From positions 4,588,001 to 4,652,000 of the forward strand of contig OZ210884.1 in NCBI GenBank assembly GCA_964658305.1: a stretch of DNA of 64,000 bases, written 5' to 3'. Below the pieces are notes generated by a model. It saw only the letters and a list, made by a program, of their open reading frames with translations. It was not told the DNA's origin and did not search any database. The stretch is from Leptogorgia sarmentosa. Taxonomy: Eukaryota. The position numbers and the translations under genes are program-made. Shown piece after piece: positions 1-13,383 of the stretch; the first letter of the stretch is position 1, and the number at the start of each line of letters is the position of its first letter.

Positions 1-120
1 CTCTTATCTTTGTTAGTTTTTTGTTGATGCTATTCTGAATGTATATTCTCACTGAGCATGATGGGATACGAAGACACGTAGCCTTGTCTTGTTCCCAGGC
101 TCTAAGAATCCCGATGACGA

Positions 121-258
121 GGTTGAGGATGATGGTTGAGGATGGTGGTTGAGGATGATGGTCGAGGATGGTGGTTGAGGATGATGGTTGAGGATGATGG
201 TTGAGGATGGTGGTTGAGGATGGTGGTTGAGGATGATGGTTGAGCATGGTGGTTGAGG
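121..258. repeat. 13-bp minisatellite (ggttgaggatgat/ggttgaggatggt), about 10.5 copies, intronic in the TEP gene
   Basis: Directly visible tandem array. The unit is not a multiple of 3, and it lies downstream of the GT donor at 325 on the - strand. Confidence 0.9.
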
Positions 259-325
259 TATCGACTTAAATTATAAACTGTTGGACATCAAGAGCTAACG
301 CTAGCTAAAAAGAAGTATAGCCTAC

Positions 326-3300
326 TTCGTCAAAATATAAAACGACTTTCCGTCCTGGGCTTTCAACTCTCTTTACTTTGTTCGTCTCGTCTGATATCAA
401 CTAAATCGAAACAAATATGTTAACACGAAATATCTCCAATATGTCACATTTACTTTATGAACAGTGAGTTTCTCCGGCGTATATCGTATCTTCACTCCAC
501 AATAAAACAATAATAAAACAATCACCTTGTTAAGGTCTTCTTGGTCGAGACTGAAACCAGATGGCAGACCAAACTCCATGATTGCCATTCCAGAATTCTC
601 ACCATCTCCCGCATACTTCACACATGACCGAGCCTCCACTTTGTTGTTGTCAGCGGTTTTCACGTTAACAAAGAGCACGAAAGAATCATCTGTAGGTGTG
701 TTTCTAACATTGTATGTCACTCCAACCTGAATGAAAACGAAGTGGAGAGGGCTCAAAATTGGTTTACCACATCTGACCGAGAAAAACAGCATAAAAAGTT
801 CAATCAAAGAAAATATTATAACCAACCTGTAACACACCAATTCCTTTTCCTTGAGCTGAAATAACCACATTACCGTCCACAGTGGGCAGCTGAAGAAAAA
901 CAGGTGGTTGAGTTGCAATTTTAATTGACGCAGCGAGCCACCTCATGTCAGAATTAGTATAGGAAATTACACGGTTCGAGTTTACACGTTTACACGTTTG
1001 GCAATTTCGCCAAACACAAGTGCAATTTTTCATTAATACTTCCAGAACAAGTGTAATTTCGTATTAATATCATTGTAGTACACGTTCACTAAACTTTTCT
1101 GTCCAGAGTTGCCAATAAATGATAAAAAAAACAAGAATTTTAGCGTTGATAAGCGTTTATTTATTTATTTTTATAATGTATCGCGGGCTCGAAACCGTGG
1201 TATTTGAAAAATTAATTACACACCTGTGTAATTAATGTTTAATTCGCACAGTTGTTGAAGCTTTTTAGCCAATCAGAGTCCAGAAAATTGACAACAATGA
1301 TATTAAGACACAAATACCGGCACCTCAGAATTTGATTATTTACCAACGCTCCTAGTAATGCTCTAAATAATCAAATTGATTATTTAACAACGCTCTTTTT
1401 CAGACCACGGCAGAAGCTTACCTCTTCTTCTTGTAAAACAACGAGATTATTTTTATTCACTTGGAAGGTCTTGTCATAACTTGCTTCTGCCGACAATTTC
1501 ACATTCAGCGTAAAACTGACGTCCGGAGAAAATATAAGAGAGGCAAACTGTGAGAGAGCCTGGATACCAACCACAGTATCCTGTTGAAAGAGAATGAGTG
1601 GTCATTGGAGAGAAATAACATCACATTTAGTTGCACTGCCCACATAGCCTTAAAACGAAGTATTAACGTCTCTAGATTCCCTTTACCAATTTCCCTTTTT
1701 ATATATATATATAGATCAGTCACATCAGCATACCTGAGTTGACGAATACCCGCCAAGTGAATTACGTTGCTGTGCCAACCATTGCGCTATAGGTAACCCC
1801 ATCGCAATGTCTTTTTTGTGTGCATAAGCCAACAAGACATACGACGTTATTTCAATATCCGCTGACCGAGGTTTATAATAAGGACGACGCCAGGGATTGG
1901 GCTCAGTTTTCTCCAAAATGTTCTCCTCCCAATGCAGCGTACCATCTGAAAGGGAACATTGTATTTCAGAAGTCGTGAAATAATTGTATGACAATCTTTA
2001 TCATGTAGCCAGTGATGGTAATGACATCAGGAATTATTGTAAATTAGGCGCCGACGAAGGACCTTGACTCAAAACGTTGAATCTTATTGAATCGTTTAGG
2101 CAGTGCACGTGAGTAGAAATTTTGCTGCTTGTTGATGTTGTTATCAGCTACCTACACTGGCCCATATTGAAGTCTGTTAATAGTTTAGTTTCACCTTCTC
2201 TGACGACATTCTTCATGAGTTCGGCGAAAACAGTTTCTTTTGCTGAATCACCAGTCAGTTGAAAGGCGTAAGCGAGCAGTGCCAATGTGTAAGTATTGCT
2301 CACTTTACTCAGTTGCGCTCTGAGGAAAGCCACAGCTTGAGAGATTCCTCGCTTCATGTCCTAAACACGAAAGCAATGTAACGGTTGCACATGCAATCAT
2401 TGTCGAACTAGACTTGACGCCAATTCAACACATTTAAAACGACATTTGTGTAAGATATGGATCTGATTATACAAACTACTTACATCACTTTCCTCCGCAG
2501 ACTCCAAAAGTGACACAAGAACGTACGCGGTCAAGGCCTCTGGGGTGGACGATTTTAAACCACCCTAAAAGCATAATACACATAAATATATGATAAGTAG
2601 CATTACCCCGGCTGTAAAGAGACGGAAGTAATTAGCATGCAGTTGTATCCGGTACTAGTATTTGCTGGCTACACCCTCGCATGGGACCTCGCCTCGATTA
2701 CCAACTATGATTGTACCTTCAACACTGACACTTAAATAGGAAGTAGTTTGGCATTGAGGTGAGTGCAGCGTACCTGTAAATAGCTGCTGACGTGGCCAGT
2801 CTCGGTAAATGATCCATCTTTCTGCTGACTCCGCAAAATAAACGTCACGCTCTTGCTCAGGGAATCAGGATCAATATAAATATACGACTTCGCGCGGGAG
2901 AATGACCTCACCACGAACGCTGTTAACCTGAAATATACAACGACATTAACTAATATGTGGCGAGCGTAGGTTACGAATAACAACATCAACATCAACAAGC
3001 AGTCTGTGTACCTACCATAGACTGCCCGATCGGCCACCTCGTTCCCCGAACGCACTGTACGAGCCATCACGATGCTGATACGACAACTCACGTTGATACC
3101 CTGGAAAGAAGGAACGGTTGTTTGCTAAACTATCAACTAAAACTAATAAAACCAACTTTAGTTCAACTGTGGTTCGATTCTGTCCAGAACCTGGTTAGAG
3201 AAGGAGAAGGCAAGGCGTGCCTTCTGTATGTCCTTGTGAGTTCCATTGGGTGTGATTATAGCAGACATTCTGAGGACTGCTGCGTACAAAGTGAGAAACA

Positions 3301-6300
3301 TGCTAACCTGACGTCATGATTTTTATTGACTTTTCTTTGATAGTTGATGTAAGCTGATCAACAGTCTCCAGATAGGTTCGTATGAACATACTCGGAGCGA
3401 AGTTTATCATATTCTGTTCACCACAACCGTACGGCATCCTGAGTAAGTTTTCGAAACCACTGATGGATGAGCCCATTATATCACCTGTATGGAAAAATGT
3501 TTTGGTAAAAACATACGCAAAAACGATCTCAAACGTGGTGGTCCAGTGTAGGTTTTGTTCTACTATAAGCCGTCGTGGTTTGTGCCTGAACTACCTGAAA
3601 AATTAAGGCATCTCAAGCTTGGTACTAACCGATGACTGAAATCGTTGCTTTTGCTGAGCCTTCGATGACGTCTGAGGGCAAAGCAAGTATCAATTCGCTG
3701 TTGAAAGTTGCTAAAAGATAAACGACCAAATTCAATGCTATTGCGCACATGCAAGGTGGCTGCATGTGTTCCTTATGATCACACATGAAAGATACCTGTT
3801 GAATTTAAGTCCACAAGGACACTGTAAGAATATTCCTGTTCAACTCCTTCAGCCTAAAAATTAGAGGAAAATAAATTGCTGATTGTAATGTAGGTACCCC
3901 AATATGTCGGCCATATGCGAAATGGAAATTAGTAGAAAACGGAACGACCCACACTCGAAACGTCAAATTCGGTTTAATTTATCTTTCTGATAGTCAGTCT
4001 ATCTTTTGGTGTATTTCACTATTTCATATCCAGCGATATTGAGACGTAGGCTACACTAGTGAAGCTACCTTCGTTTTATCAGATAGTCTTACCTCAACCA
4101 ATAGTGTACGTCTGACGCCGTCAGCTGACGTCGTCGTCTGCGCATGAACTTCAATCGGAATGTTACCAAGTTTGCCAGGGACTATGGGAAATGACACCGC
4201 TGCTCCGCTATTGGCTGAAACTTTGATTACGTGTCTTATGTCATCAGCCGCATCTCCTTCGATGATGTTATTTTCAGTTTTCTCCACCATGTTCTTCCAG
4301 TCATTGGAACCTTTCAAAGTCACTGTCACCTAAAGAGTTACAGTAGTTGTAAATTCCTTACTCTTCTTCCAAGTTATGTTCAATGTACCAAATGAACAGC
4401 CAACACTTTAATTTCCCAAACCCCTCCGACATGCATTAAACTTATCAAGTGGGTGCCCGAAATGCCAAAATCTTTCTTAGAATACCTCCATATCTTGTGC
4501 TTCGTAGTTAAACACAACAACTTTGATTGCAACTTGTTCTCCTCGAATGACGGAGTAAGGAAGATCCATTGACAGGAAAAATGGCTGGAATACTCGAAGC
4601 TAAATGAATGAAAATAAACACGAATATTTTTGAGAAATTGACGATTATAAAAAAAGTGACGTCCAAAAAGTTTGACATCCAGTTAAATCATACTTGCGGT
4701 TTCTCATTCGCGACTCCAAAGCCAGTCTCATTAGACACAGCAAAACCACTCAGAACCCATGACGTAATGGTATCTGGTGACGTACTCTTCACTTGCGCAT
4801 GCCCAGATGAACTACGTAAGGTAAAGATGTTTTGGTGTTAGTTTGAAGTGACTTGACAATTTATACTTGGACTATCAGGCATTTTCAGACTGTTCTTCCC
4901 GGAGGTTAGAGAAGTGCCTTCGTTTGGTTATCATGTCCTAAAACTATATGACATTCTACTAAATTAACTTATTTAAACATTATCAAATCGCTCAGTTTAA
5001 AACGAGAGTAAACTCTAGATGCTACAATCAGTGACAAAACACTTTGGACAAACTCTCAAAATAGCGTGTGGGTGCAAATAAGTAACCCCCCGCACCCCCT
5101 TACAATGTTGAGGGGAAAATTTATCGGCCAAAATGTTGCTCAATGACCACCAACATTGTTCTTGGTGTTGTCAACACTGTCCATAACCTTTTTGTCACTG
5201 ATTGTAGAATGGATGATACATAAAGTCAGATCATTTTAGACAATATTTTCTTACTCCGTATTCACAGTTTCCCAAAGCCAAGTCTCAGGAAACAGACTTC
5301 TAACTGTCGTCACTTCTGTCAGCCGCGTTCTTTTGTCTCCTCTTGATACTGAATCTGGTACTGATTCATCCATATCAACGCTTGTAACTAATAAGTTAGT
5401 TTTGAGGTAAAAATATTTTCTTTTCTAGTGCCATTGAGTAAGCTAAAACATATATATTACAGTGTCACTCTTTTTTTTAATTCTTACTCACATTTGTAAA
5501 GAACACGGCCGTACCACTCATCTTTCCCAAGAAATTTGCAGTCTGATATAACGGCCAAATTAGCTCCCTTAATATGGAAATAAAACACCAGTTTACATTT
5601 TACCATCGTTCTATCCTATCACAATTTTCTCGTGTATTTTAAATGTCTGTACCGTAAAAATCTGCCGAGAGTTTGAAGCGCTAGGGAACCAAGGAAAGAA
5701 AGATCTTCGTCTTCTCCATCTCCACCACGGAGGGAACGAGTTGGAGGAATCTCCACCATAGCTAGCCAACTCTTCCATCACCTAAAAATATTTATTCCAC
5801 CAGTTAATTTACGAATCAAGTTATAATTTGAATAGGAATTCCTTTAAGCTTCAATAGGAATTCCTTTTTGGATTCAATAGGAATTCCTGAAGGATTCAAT
5901 AGGAATTCCTTTAGGATTCAATAGGAAGTCCTTCAGGATTCAATTGGAATTCGTTTAGGATTCAAAAGGAATCTCTTTACGATGCTATAGGAATTCCTTT
6001 AGGATTCTATAGGAATTCCTTTACGAAATCCTATCAAAAAGTCATTAAGAATTCCTATTGGAATTCTTAATGAATTCTTAAGGAAAGTCCAAAAATCCTT
6101 TAAAATATCCTAAATGAATTCCTGTAGAAATTTTTAAAGGAATTCCTATAGGAATTTTCCGTAAGGGTAGCATCCAGTTATATTCTACCCCTGTTGCCTT
6201 ACGCGAGTACTTTGTCGTTCCAGTTGTTTCGGTGTCACTGCAGTGCAAGCACATACCTGAGACACAGAGAAATCGTTTCCTTTATCTAACAGAAGAACGC

Positions 6301-9300
6301 TCTTGTCAACTGCCAACAGTCCAACTTGAGAAAATGGAGAAGCCTTCACGTTTACACTCACAGCTTCTCCTGGCTTTGTTTCGGCACTGCTGAACTGCAC
6401 TGAAACCTAAAAATTTAGAAACCGTCTCAACATTACTGTCATCCCTCCACAGGCATCTGAATTATCCGGCGATAAATTTACCAATGTCTGGAGGTGAATA
6501 CCTCCTCCCCTTCCCCACAAAAATATTAACAAGAACTTCTTCCCTAGCTGTGGTGCTACTCACATCATTTTCAAACGCTCCATTCACTTTGATCGTGACG
6601 CTATCAGCGACAATTTCGCCGTCATTCCGTACAATATAAACCACGATCTTCGCTGAAGGCGACAAAATACTGGTAGCCATAAACCTTAAGGTTGCAGCAT
6701 TCGCTGAAGGGTTTCGAATGATCGTGCTTGCATTGACAGTATTTCCTCGTGAAAGCAACTACGTAGAAAAAAGATAGCCAGGCATTTTAACATGTGATAA
6801 AATATTTTCCCCAAAAATTTAGTTCGACGTGATGAAGAACCATTGAAAAAACATCAAGGGCTCATGCACTTACGATGTAGTTTAAAGATGAGAATTTCTC
6901 CGTACACTTGAGGTTACAAACGATTTCCTTCCCGGCCTAAAACCAAAAAAAGTGTGTTAAAATAATGAACAAGAACCACAATTGATACTGGCAACAACAT
7001 TATTCTTACATCTACTTCATATTCATCAGCCGTTACAGTCAAGTACGTTTCACTATCAGATTTGAATTTAGACACATGTTGTGACAAAGTGACTTCTTCA
7101 CCAAACTCATCCTTAGCTTTTGCCTAAAAGGAGCACAGGTTAAGCAAATTAATTTTACAATTCTATCGCGATGATTTTGTTTTAGTCCCAGTTACAACAA
7201 AAGTGATCCTAGTTTGCAGATGTCAAAAGAAAGTCCTGACAAAGCAATTTACGAAATAATAAAAATAAACGTGTCTAAAGCCAAGTTGTTTCATTGTTTC
7301 AAGTCCATTAATGATATATAGCTGCTACAATATTTCTTGTGTTGTTAAAACGTTTCTTTTTCTTTATAAGACAAACTTACATCAATGTTAAAGCTGTTAA
7401 CGTCTTCTCCAATATTTCGTTTGAAGATAACATAGCCATTCTCGTCACTTTTGTATGCCGTTGATAACTCTTGTCTGTCAGGGTATGTCCTGGATGAGAC
7501 TGTTACCAGAGTGTTAGGTACTGCAGTACCGTCAGGACGTGTTACCTCAATCTGTGAAATAATTCAAACGATTGGCAAAGCACCGGAGGGGAAGAGAAGC
7601 CAATGGAGAATGACAGAGGGTTCTTGGAGGGAGGAGGGGTTAGTTGTTAGTTGTTTGCGTTTAGCTTAAACGGTGGATAAGCAAAATTTTAAAAACACTC
7701 CTATTCATTTTGTAAATAATTGAACCTAAATTTTATCAACTAAATGTGTAGTTCTATGCATAGTTGTTGTGTTTGGACAGAAAAGTTTAGTTTGCTCGTT
7801 GTCAATAGTTCATAATTTTTCTTGATATTTTTTACTTATTCACCGTTAAACGCCTTTGATACAACCGGCCCCAGTTAATTTAAGGGGTGGTGCTTTTCAT
7901 CGCTTCTCAGTTGATTAATAAAATTCTCTGTTTTGCTTCTAAGCTTAACTTGGGCCTGGTAAGAGCAAATAATGATGTGCAAACCAGTTTCCCTACCAGT
8001 GCTTGAAATGGAAAGCCAGTTTTAAATGCTTTCGGATTAGATTCAGCGTATTGGAGTGTAACAGCACTTCTGTACAGTTTAACAGTGGCCTCGCCAAAAT
8101 ACGTTTTTTGTGTAAGTTCCTCCGTCACTGATGCATTGAGGACAACTTGTCTGCCATAATCGCCATACGGTTCGCCCCACGAATCGGGGTATAACTTTGT
8201 AATTCTTTCTTTTGATATTACAAATGAATGACTGCCATCAACCTGGGGAAAAATCAGAGAACAATAATGACAATAAAGATCTAATTAATGTATGTTATAT
8301 ATGGTTGATAGCTACATTTGACACTGTACAGAACAATGGTTTTATCATACACTTACATCAAAACTCAGTTCATACTTTTCACATATCTCATGGTGGTAAC
8401 ATGAAAAATAAACTGCCAACTTTCCTTTGCCTTTCACGTTTTTACCGTATGTGTACCTGAAACATTAAAATATCATAAATTTCAAACCACAAAAGCACCA
8501 TCAATTAGTAGAAGTGGGGGGAAGGAAGGCGCCCTCCTTCTTCAAACTCTGCTCAAGGCAGCTGTGTCTCCCTTCTACTTCTTACTTTGCTGTCACACTT
8601 CCTCGTATGTCACCATCACCCTTTGACGCGTAGCTGCTGGTCACAATTTTGACTTCAAACTTCGGGAGAACTGAGAAAGAAACGACAAAACTCATTTATG
8701 AAAAAAATTATTAATATTTTTCATGCAATGTTTGGAAGTTATTACCATATTCCTTGACTTCGAATGTCGTCTCCTTGGTCTGCCCCTGGTTAAAAAAATG
8801 TCAGGGTGGGGTTATGGTTTGTGGCCAGAAACTGCAATTCATTTAAACTGAATGGGATTATACCTCAATATCAACTGAAATCTTCCAGTCACCCATGTTG
8901 GGTTGTGATGACAACTCAAAGTCTTTTGAGACCACACCTGTTTCAATTGAATTGAGTTATAAAATATACAGTTATGGAGTTATTTAAGTGAATGTTTAGT
9001 GATTGAACGAGAATCCATCATGGATGAATAATATGCGTTGAGTGTAGGTAGTGGATAGCAACATCAACAAGCAGCAAAAGTTCTATTCACTACCTAAACA
9101 ATACAATAAGATTCAACATCACTAAAAATTTTGAATGAACAAAATTGAAGTGAATTCAAGTATGTCACCTGATGGAGAGGACACATCTTTCCATAAAGCA
9201 AGTTTATTGTTCTTGGGATCCTACATTGATGAAATGTTACGATTTTCTTTCAATGATAAAAATAATGTAGCTTATTAAGTTAAACTGTCCACTTTGGTAC

Positions 9301-10899
9301 CCTTTAATGCCATCCCTAATGGTACCGGTACTTACAGATACAGTGATCGTCATCTACATAAAGAAAAACAAATCTTAATCAATAAAATATTCCATATTCA
9401 TTGTGAGATCGAAATCAGGTGAAGCTGTTGCTCGACTGGTGTACACACCTTTCCGTTATGAACTTTCAAACTTGGATACACCACAACAAACCTCATGTGA
9501 ACTGAAGGAAAAATCATTTGGAAAACGTTGAATCTATATAGATCTGATCAGTGATACCGTACCTGACACTTTCAACAAAACTTGCCTGTTTGTCCAGGTT
9601 TATAAATGCCTTTGTCAGTTTGCACATAAACTGTAAACCCTTTTTTGTCAAACATAATGGAATGTAATTCTGTCACATTGAACGTCAAACCACCAGACCC
9701 AGTCACTCTTAAAACATGTTGGTCCTTTTGGCTGTCACTTTCTGGAAAACCATCTGAAGGAATCTGGGAAAAAAAATATGAGTGAAATATAAAAAATTGT
9801 ATTTTGTTTCTGGAATTTAGTATATACAACTATATATCCAATCAACTTACATGAAGTTGAAGTGAGCCCATTTGACCTGCACCAAAATAAAAACACAGGG
9901 AAAATGTTCAGTTAAGTAAATTCTACCACTCCATTAACCATTAATTTAAATCACTCAAATGAAAGGTATGGTTTCTTTTCATGTTCCAAACCTGCATAAA
10001 ATTCTCCAGAGTTTGTTGAAATTTGTTTTGATCCAATGAGAAATGTTGCATGGACAGTGACAGCGGCATCCGAGGGTTGTGTTCGGAGAATAAGGACATT
10101 CACATTGACAACCATTCCTGGCCGAAATGTTTTTGGTGCCGTAATCAAATAGGAACTAAAATGAATGAACTTGAATCATTTAAACCCTGTAAATTAAATC
10201 ATGTAAATTTTGCAAGCAGCTTTATCATGCACTTGGTATAAAGGACAATAGCAGTTGCCTTAATCAACACTGAGAATATAATTTAAAACTTCGTATAACT
10301 GCCTGCATGCTGATCACGTTATTACGTCGGCTTAAAAAAACTCTACCTAGGGTGCCAACATGCAATCACAAACAAAACTCTCCTTTATTGCATGTTTAAC
10401 CATCACCCTTAGGATTTGTGCCCAAGAGAAAAATCCAGTTACAAATTTGTTAATTTTAGAGATCGAGCCATAAAGCAATTCTTCCAGAATGTGGAATCAG
10501 GTGCAATTGACTATGGCGCAGATCTTGAAGAGCTGCAAGCTGTATAACTGAAATACTCAACGATCACTGCAGCTGCATTCTAATTGCAGGTCCAATATTT
10601 CATAAATTGAATCTGGATATGACTTCGTTTCACTTAGGACAGTGTCAACGTTTGCTGTATGACATATTCTGGGATACAGTTGAGAAATTGCGGCAGTTTG
10701 CTATTTATAATATACAGTATCTGCAATCATATCAGCTAACGGAGTATTTTGTAGTTAACATGTTGTAATTAGTAAACAGTGCTCAAAGAAACTTGACATT
10801 TCAATATTAGCCCTTCAATCGTAAAACTTACTTGTTTGAGAACGCATCAGCGTCCACCACAAACAAAATCAGAGCATAAAAAAGAACTTTTAACGCCAT
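326..10899 (-). CDS. CD109: CD109-like thioester-containing protein (alpha-2-macroglobulin/TEP family); multi-exon, 3' end runs off the window
   Basis: The first exon (ATG 10899) gives signal peptide [19 protein letters not shown]. Spliced exons give A2M-family hallmarks: [29 protein letters not shown] processing site, [25 protein letters not shown], intact thioester [63 protein letters not shown] and [12 protein letters not shown] boundaries were consistent wherever I checked. CD109 versus another TEP subfamily needs a phylogeny. Confidence 0.92.
5025..5204. mobile_element. MITE with terminal inverted repeats and TA flanks (Tc1/mariner-like)
   Basis: ctacaatcagtgacaaaa (5022-5039) is the exact reverse complement of ttttgtcactgattgtag (5190-5207). 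TA lies on both sides of a 180-bp non-coding core. Confidence 0.75.
5829..6025. repeat. Degenerate ~22-bp minisatellite with palindromic aggaattcct core, intronic
   Basis: About 9 tandem copies of taggattcaataggaattcctt-like units, decaying further to ~6160. Confidence 0.85.
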
Positions 10900-12083
10900 T
10901 CTTTCTTCCACTCGTTAAATTGTTCTTCCTGAAGCTGTTATTAAATAATTGTTATTTATTGCATGCATTATTCATCCATGTGACGTCATTACATTCTGTA
11001 TTAATAATATACACTGAGACCGTGACTTACATGACGTTTCCAGCAATTTGAGTACGCAAATTATGAAAATATGCAAATTGTTTGGTGCACAGAATCCCAA
11101 AAAGAAGTCCCCTCTATAGAAATCAGCTCAGTTAATTAAAGTTTGAGAATTGAATTGACAACTACAATTACAAAGTTATCATGTAGTTTCAGCCTGCTGT
11201 TTAAAATATGAGTAATATGGTTGATGTTTATGGGTACAAGTAATTACTTTGAGTCTTTGACTTCTTTCTTAGCAACGTTGATATAGTAATTCTAGTAGAC
11301 GATGTTGAAAGTGAGATATATGGCAGGAAACAGCATGACACACGTCTTGTCAATCCACAAAGCCCAGTTGACAGAACAACATTTCAATGCGGGCGGGGCT
11401 TCACTCTCAATTTCTTCATTTCAGTATCTTGAACTGGTTCACCATTGTCGGGCGGGGCAACCCTGCAACAAGACCAAACTCAAGTTATTTACACCAGATA
11501 ACTGACAGTGTTCCACTTAGAGCCCCGTAATACCAATCTATTCATGATCCAGTGTTACTACAGGATTCTAAACTAAACAAATATGTTCGTCCAAAAAATT
11601 CCAAAAGGGTTATCTCTTGCTGATTCGGTATTACCACAGAAGATAACTTAAACAAAACTTATAGAAACTGTTTTTATGGAGGTTTAGTAGTAGCCATCGG
11701 TAATCTAGTACACTGACATTTCGTTCATTGTTGAAAAGTGTAGAGGTTCAGATATGTAATAACTATACTTACAGAGGAACCACAATTTGAACAATTCCTC
11801 TTCCGTTTCTGTTTCCCTGATTGATATGCCTGGAACTAATAACAGAACTTTATGTAAAGAATTATTTACAATATACGATGTACAATTTGAATTGGGAATG
11901 TGGGAATGCAAAGAATGCAAAGGTTAACTTTATAAGGGCATGCATGGGAGATTTTATTATAATGATTTACAGTGGGTCAGGTTATGCCACACATAACCTG
12001 AATAATACTGTACATATTGTTAATAATAATAATAAAGACGTGAAATTTTTGACTCTCCATTCAAGCGGTCTGTATTTTTCCAG

Positions 12084-12210
12084 GTTTGACGACACATTTG
12101 GTCTGATGAAGTCGTTAATGGTGTATGGCTCGCGCGTGGTTCAGACGCCAATTGAAGAGGGCGGAGATCCTAACATTGGACCCAATGCAGGCCCTACTTA
12201 CTTCAACTAA
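12084..12210 (+). other. Orphan terminal exon of a paralogue of the VioB-like gene (opposite orientation)
   Basis: Acceptor tttttccag, then FDDTFGLMKSLMVYGSRVVQTPIEEGGDPNIGPNAGPTYFN*. It has the same 127-bp length and phase as exon 16975-17101, with 35/41 identical residues. AATAAA at 12449. No upstream exons seen in the window. Confidence 0.85.
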
Positions 12211-13383
12211 TTTTGGAATCCTTGTTTTAATTTTGAAGTATTCGGTCTCAGTGTCTTTTAGTTGTTTTTTCTTTTATTTTTGAAACATATGTAATGTTCT
12301 CAACTTGCACTTAATACGTAGTCATAACGATGCATCAAATTCGATGTTATATGGACAGAATTAGGGAATACCGAAATGCATAGTTTTATAGGTATATTAT
12401 TTTTTTGTGTTTTATATCATTTTTATATGAATTGCAACTGTATTACCCAATAAAATATGTCAACGTATACGTAAATGTCGCATACGTTTTGTCATTCACT
12501 GCATTTCTGTATAATTTGTATGGAGTTATATATAGCTATTACGTAATAATGCTAACTCTTATTGGCTAATTTAATGCAATGTTTACAGCGTGGGCAAAAT
12601 AAAAATAATTGCCGCCTTGTCAAAAAGAAAATGGCAAGTTGTAGTTGTAAGTTCATAAATCATTTTCATGTTTTTCAAAGACTATAATTATAATCAACAA
12701 GAGACGAAAAATGCAGATTACATGCAAATACACAAATACATTTAATGTTAATCCCCCCTCCCTTTCCTGATTACCCCTCTAGTCACGCCCAGTGCATGGT
12801 CATTCATGTTACACTTGTATAATACAAAAAAAACTCATTTCATTTATTCATTGCTATATCTGCAACCTAATTTGGAAAATATCACTGTAAAGAAATAATA
12901 GCCAAATAGTTCAGCTTAAACATGTTCGGTTCACTGAATATAAAAATATTAAACATGTAGTCCCCGTTTTTCTGAAAGACTGCCCTAGCTGGAAACGTGT
13001 GGCACCCAAAATGAATTTGTAGTATTCCCAGTACCCTGTTGCCTCTTTACAACTATATGTGGCTCTCAGAATTCGTTCTTGGGCGATTATCACACTAATT
13101 TCTAGGAATAATTAAAACGTGATTACACACATCATCATCTTTATTATGACCATATTTTAATAATAACTGAATTCAAACTGATGTTTTCAAGTCGGCGTGT
13201 AGCAGGCCGATATGTGTACTCGAACAGTCGAACTTGCAGTCATATCTTAATATTCTTTAGATAAGTGTCCACGCACAATTTTTGCCATGATTATATAGTA
13301 TACTTACAGTCTCGCATTTCCAAAATTATGATTTACAGGTGAGTATAATAGTATAGAATAAGTTTAATTAATTAATTAACCCT

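Noticed and set aside
121..258. Possible coding His/Pro or Ser/Thr-rich repeat at the TEP C-terminus
   Set aside because: A 13-bp unit shifts frame with every copy, and no convincing exon boundaries were found. Treated as intronic.
5829..6170. Palindromic repeat array resembling CRISPR
   Set aside because: The units are contiguous with no unique spacers, there are no cas genes, and it lies in a eukaryotic intron. It is a minisatellite.
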